A stretch of DNA of 64,000 bases from contig NIVC01003415.1 of assembly GCA_002269645.1 (NCBI GenBank), positions 34,986-98,985 on the forward strand, read 5' to 3'. Below are positions 59,001 through 64,000 of the stretch, piece by piece. Under the pieces are notes generated by a model, which saw only the letters and a program-made list of their open reading frames with translations, was not told the DNA's origin and ran no database searches. Source of the DNA: Macrostomum lignano. Lineage: Eukaryota. Position 1 is the first letter of the stretch; every line of letters begins with the position of its first letter. The translations under genes and the position numbers were made by a program.

Positions 59001-60700
59001 TCCGCGCGACCCACGGCGCCGGGCCGTCGACGGGCTCAATGATCCCGAGCTGCTCTAACAACTGCAGTTCCTTGTCCACCGCGTCTGCCAGGTGGATCGG
59101 CACCTTCGAAGGCGCATGGCAGACCGGGCGGGCGCTGTCGGTGAGGTGGATGTCGGCAGGCGGCCCGGTGAAGCAGCCGATTCCGCTGAACACGCTGGCG
59201 TGCTTGCGCAGCACCCTGCCGATGTCCTTGACGTGTCCTTGAGGCACTCCGCTGGATCTCGTGCCGCTGAGAAGGCCATCGACCGCCGCCTCCGCTTCAG
59301 CGACCTGCAGCACCTGCTGTCCGGCTGTCGGTGGTGGCCCGACCCGCAGGATGTCCATCTGAGTGGCCGTCTGCCTGCCGATGATGGTGATGCCTCTCCC
59401 TTCGACGACGTGGAACGTGGCGACTGCCTGCCGGCCGAAAATGCGGACGTCCATCGCCGCCTTGCCCAGCAGCTGCATCGGCCTGTCCGACCCGTACGCG
59501 AACAGCCTGTCCGAGGTGGTCTGCAGGTGCGGCCGCTGTCTCAGACTCTCGAACGTGGCCCGGTTGATCACATTTCGAGCCGCACCGCTGTCGATCAACA
59601 CCGACAGTCTGGAGCCGTTGATCTCGGCTATTGTGTGGGCCGACTGCTCACCCTGATCGACCTCGAACACGCCGGAGTCCGGGTGGTCCACCTTCTGGTA
59701 GCTGGTCTCGCCTTGCAGCGTTGCGACGGCGTCGGCGCCGCTCTGCGGGGCGCCCTGCTTGGACCTGCAGGCTCGCGCGAAGTGGCCCGGCTTCCCGCAC
59801 TTTCTGCAGCTCTTGCCCTGCGCTGCGGTGCACGTGGGGTGCCCTGGCCTGCCGCAGCGATCGCACGATACGTGCTGCGTTGGTGTCTGCGGCATCTGTG
59901 GCTTCTGGTCTCTTCTGACTGCTGCGAGCTGCTGCGGTTCCCCTGGCCTGTCGCTCTCCATCGCGGTGGCCTGCTGCTCCGCGGCTTCTTTCGCCCTCGC
60001 CTTTTTGAGCACATCTGCCAGGGAGATATTGTTGGTCTGCAAGAAGTCTCTCCTGAGTCTCTCAGATTCGCAGTAGGCGACGATTTTGTCACGGATCAGC
60101 GAGTCTCTGAGGGTCCCGAACTCACACTGCTCCGCCGCCTTGCGCAGACGCTGATACCACTGGTCGATCTGCTCGCCAGGCTGCTGTCTGCAGGTCTCAA
60201 ACTTGAAACGCAGGAACAAAATGTTATTCTTCCCGTCCCAGAACGTCTGGATGTTTTTCGCGAGGCTGCTGTAGTCCTATCCAGAGGCGATCTCGTTCTC
60301 TTCGACTACAGCCTGCAGCTCCTCTCCTGCGGCGTACAGCAGCAGCTGCTGCCCTCGAGTCTTGTCGGTGATTCCAGCTGCATTGATGTACGTGGCGAAG
60401 CGACGAGTCCATGCAGTCCAGCGCTGTGCTGTGGAGTGGCAGTCGCTATCGATTGTAAACGGCCCGGGTGGCGCGAGTGAAATTTGCTGAGTCATGATTT
60501 TTAAAGGTTCAGTTCTTGCGACGCCATTGTAGTAACTGAGTCAGAGGCCGTGTTTGCTGTGTAGCCAAACTCTTACAAATCTCGCCGCGCTGGGCACGCG
60601 TCTATATATTATGGAGTTAGAATTGGGGTGGCGGCACCCACCCCACTCCGCAGCCAATCAGACTGCCCGGGCGTACCATACTGTGCGTACGCACACTACA
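56096..60700 (-). mobile_element. Complete Ty3/Gypsy LTR retrotransposon (Mag-like), 4605 bp
   Basis: 173-bp TG...CA LTRs (56096-56268 and 60528-60700) appear identical, with 5-bp TSD ATGTT. PBS-like TGGCGTCGC follows the 5' LTR and PPT AAAGGGGAGAGA precedes the 3' LTR. Domain order is Gag (two Cys/His knuckles), PR (LIDSGA), RT (WIHDD), RNase H (VDAG..GLGA), then IN (HHCC, D-D35-E). Confidence 0.95.
56494..60495 (-). pseudogene. gag-pol of the LTR element, interrupted by one in-frame TAG (60277-60279) and three frameshifts (about 58098, 57635 and 56930)
   Basis: ORF pieces 60495-60277, 60219-58081, 58084-57572, 57608-56883 and 57021-56494 restore a continuous polyprotein (e.g. YSQTEK|EALAVKF, VDG|VLLRHHRIVVP). 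Confidence 0.85.
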
Positions 60701-61319
60701 ATGTTTTGAAGGATTCTTTTCGCCGAAAAATACACTACGAAGATAGGAAGCTTTCATTTTTCAGCAAAAATTATTATTGCTTTAGATAGGAGGCAGACCC
60801 AATGTTCGTCTTTTGATATGTACGTTGTGCCTTTCTTATAGCTCTATTGATATTCAAAAATCTTTTCCGTCAGAAAATTAAGGATTCTGTGTCAATTTTT
60901 AAGTCTATATACATTTCCTGCACCTAAAAATCATAAAAATGCATGAAATTTGCATGAAAAATGAAAAATGAAAAATGCGTGAAAATGAAAAATGCATGAA
61001 ATTTATTCAAAGATTAAAACAAAAATCACAGAAGCAAGTTCAGAAGCGCGAGTTGATTCTGTAATTATTACAATTATAGATTCTAGTAAAAGTATAAATT
61101 AAATTTGGTATATTTTATTTGCTTAATAACTAATAATTTAGACAAAAAGTGGATTTCTTTTTAAATTTTAATCTTTCCATGAACCCTCAATATAGCGCGT
61201 GAGCTCGCCCACTGCACCTGCTTTACTTTAAAAAAGCTCAGCCTGCGTGATACTTAGCTAATGTTTTTCTGTGTCGGAAAATTGAACTTTTTGTAATTTA
61301 ATCACCCGAAGCCTTCATT

Positions 61320-63720
61320 ATGGAAGGGCAGAGCAACGAAGATAGAGTTGGAATATCTGATTTTATTTTATACGACTCTCTTACCAACGAGGACATTGTC
61401 GAAAACCTTCAAGAACGGTGAGTCCACAACCGCCATCCTGGCACAATATAAGTGCCGTTTTACGCATATTTTTTCCGCTGTTTTCTTGATAAAAACGTGA
61501 AGCAAAGACTTACTTTAACCAGTTGAAATGTAGCTAATAATTTTTAGTTCTCTTTATTATGAAAGGCTGTATTTTGTTCATTTAATTTTTTGTAGTGTTG
61601 AAGATTTGTAGTGTTGAAGATTAAAGAAATATGTATGGAAGATGTTTTGGACTATACCTAATTTAGTTACCAAAAAATTAGGCTGCAATTCTTTGATAAA
61701 AGAGGATATTTATTATCAGTATTTACTTAGCAGTAGATTTAAAAAAGTTGCTCTATTTAAATGGTTTATTGAATTTTAGATTTTAGCTTTTAAAACTTAC
61801 TTATTCGATTTGTTAACTTTATACTTACTTGATGTAATTTTAGTTCATTTTAAGACAAAAAATGTAAAATTTTGTTATAAATTTCGTTAATTTTGATTGA
61901 AATAAATATTTTTTATGCATACTTGCATTTTAGTCAAAAGAAGTAATTCAGCCTTTGGGTTTGGCTTTTACTTAAATGTGAATTGAAAAATTGATATCTG
62001 CTTATTTTAGCAAACTTGGTCCCATAACTGTACTTTGAACATTAAAACCATCATAGATTCGCTAAGAACAAGATCTACACCTATATTGGCGAGATTCTGG
62101 TCTCCGTGAACCCCTATCGAGACCTGCAGCTCTACACTGAAAAGTACATTGCGGACTATCGAAACCGAGAGCGCTACGAGCGGCCGCCGCACATCTACTG
62201 GGTGGCGGACACGGCGCACAAAACTCTGGCCAGATTCGGGCAGGACACCTGCATTCTGATCTCCGGTGAGAGCGGCTCTGGCAAGACAGAGGCCAGCAAA
62301 GTCATTCTGCAGTATTTAGCCCACAATGCCGCCTTCGGTGCTGGGGCCGCACCCGCCGGCTCCCGGCAGAGTCGATCGATCGATCGCAGCGAGTTCGAGC
62401 TCAGGTGGATCGGTTAGTACTGCTGTGTACTTTTAGACAAAAAGTACATGTGTACTAATATTTGCTCGATGAAAAGTCTCTAAGCCTTTTTAATGCAATA
62501 TTATTCAGACTTTGACTTTTCTCCGACAAAAGTGCACATGTACTTAAAAAATGAAACAAAAATCTAACACGAAGTACAATGATACGAGAGTTGTCTTATT
62601 GATGTGTACTTTTGTTATAGCTTTATGATTAAATGCGTATTTAAATTTTTATTAACTGTAGTAGTTTCATTTTTCTTCCACTATACTAAACAACAATCGC
62701 GACGAAAACTAAAACAAAACAATCTGAAAAGTAAAACTAAAAGATGAAGAAATGAGGTGTGCGGCCCAAGGCGCTCGTTCATTTCTCGGACTCGAATGCA
62801 GCAAATTGAAATGTAGCGAAAATGTTGCAATTTTTATGCCCCAGGTTTCCGGTCTCCGTCTATTAGCTGAGGGAAGGTGGTTGCAGTTTTTGCGCAATCT
62901 GCACGCCCTGACCCGGCTATGGGACTGGCAGCTCACGGCTTGTGACTCAGGCCTTGTGAGGAAGTCTGCACTTATTCAAACTCACTGACCAAGTTCTGTG
63001 CTTTTATTTTCTATATAATGCGACTGTCGATATTGGCTTTCATTTCTGTATTAGAAATCTTCTTGTGACTCGCAACGCTCCCGATTCTATGACCCACAAT
63101 GCTCCCGATTCTATGACCCAAAATGCTCCAGATTATACATGTATGACCCACAATGCTCCCGATTCTATGACCCACAATGCCCCCGATTCTATGACCAAAT
63201 TCGATGACTCACAATGATCCCAGCACTCGATGACTCACACAATGATCCCAGCACTCCGATGACTCACACAATGATCCCAGCACTCCGATGACTCACACAA
63301 TGATCCCAGCACTCCGATGACTCACACAATGATCCCAGCACTCGATGACTCACACAATGATCCCAGCACTCCGATGACTCACACAATGATCCTCATCCAG
63401 GGTGGCGGAGATCCTCATCCAGTCCACCAGCCTGCTGGAGGCCTACGGCAACGCGCAGACAACGCGGAACGACAACTCCAGCCGGTTCGGCAAGTACATG
63501 GACATCATGTTCGACTTCAAAGGCGACCCGCCGGTGGCAGCATGCGGAACTACCTGCTGGAGAAGGCCGCGTTGTGCACCAGCAGTCTGGGGAGCGCAAC
63601 TTTCACATTTTCTACCAGATGCTGGGGCTGCCCGAGACGGAAAGAAAACGGCTGGGCCTGCCGCAGGGCTCCCTGCGCGACTTCGCGTATCTGGTGCAGG
63701 GCGGCTGCGCTGCGCTGGGG
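61320..63720 (+). CDS. Class I myosin heavy chain, 5' part (continues beyond the window). Exons 61320-61417, 62057-62404, 63401-63720
   Basis: [10 protein letters not shown]...ENLQER|[31 protein letters not shown]-loop [36 protein letters not shown] and [21 protein letters not shown]. There is no N-terminal SH3-like extension. Two apparent 1-bp deletions occur in exon 3 (about 63530 and 63568). Confidence 0.85.
63075..63390. repeat. Intronic tandem repeats (about 24-bp ctatgacccacaatgctcccgatt, then about 29-bp gatgactcacacaatgatcccagcactcc)
   Basis: Directly visible, ending at the exon-3 acceptor. Confidence 0.85.
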
Positions 63721-63725
63721 GTGAG

Positions 63726-64000
63726 CTGACTCACTCACCGATTCACTGACTCACTCACCGATTCACTGACTCACTCACCGATTCACTGACTCACTCACGA
63801 TTCACTGACTCACTCACCGATTCACTGACTCACTCACCGATTCACTGACTCACTCACCGATTCACTGACTCACTCAGCGATCTCTCACTGACTCACTCAC
63901 CAATCACTGACTTGTCACGATTCACTGACTCACTCACGATTCACTGACTCACTCACCGATCTCACTGACTCACTCACGATTCACTGACTCACTCACCGAT
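63726..64000. repeat. 20-bp tandem repeat (tcactcaccgattcactgac) starting just after the myosin exon-3 donor
   Basis: Directly visible. It runs off the window end. Confidence 0.9.

Overview
Animal (metazoan) genomic DNA with GT-AG introns, GC-rich low-complexity exons and a different minisatellite in almost every intron. This style suggests a free-living flatworm such as Macrostomum, but the host is an inference, not shown by the sequence. Genes, left to right: a band-4.1/Coracle-like FERM gene (+, about 10.3-14.5 kb); a divergent K50 paired-class homeobox gene (-, 18.3-19.8 kb); an MTA (NuRD subunit) gene (+, 21.7-30.1 kb) whose last intron-exon boundary is tandemly amplified about 60 times; two head-to-head paralogues of a large RGG / cold-shock-like / SF1B helicase / NF-X1 zinc-finger (ZNFX1-like) protein fused to a C-terminal PARP-type ADP-ribosyltransferase domain (-, 33.3-40.9 kb, apparently damaged; +, 47.4-54.0 kb, intact); and the 5' part of a class I myosin (+, from 61.3 kb). 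Mobile DNA: a complete young Ty3/Gypsy (Mag-like) LTR element (56,096-60,700), two tRNA-derived SINE families, an hAT-type MITE with 8-bp TSD, two other foldback/MITE-like elements and two Helitron-like copies, one of which shows systematic CpG decay. Several single-base deletions in conserved coding sequence in the right half probably reflect assembly error, so frameshift-based claims are tentative. The best candidates for novelty are the ZNFX1-PARP fusion pair and the MTA splice-acceptor array.
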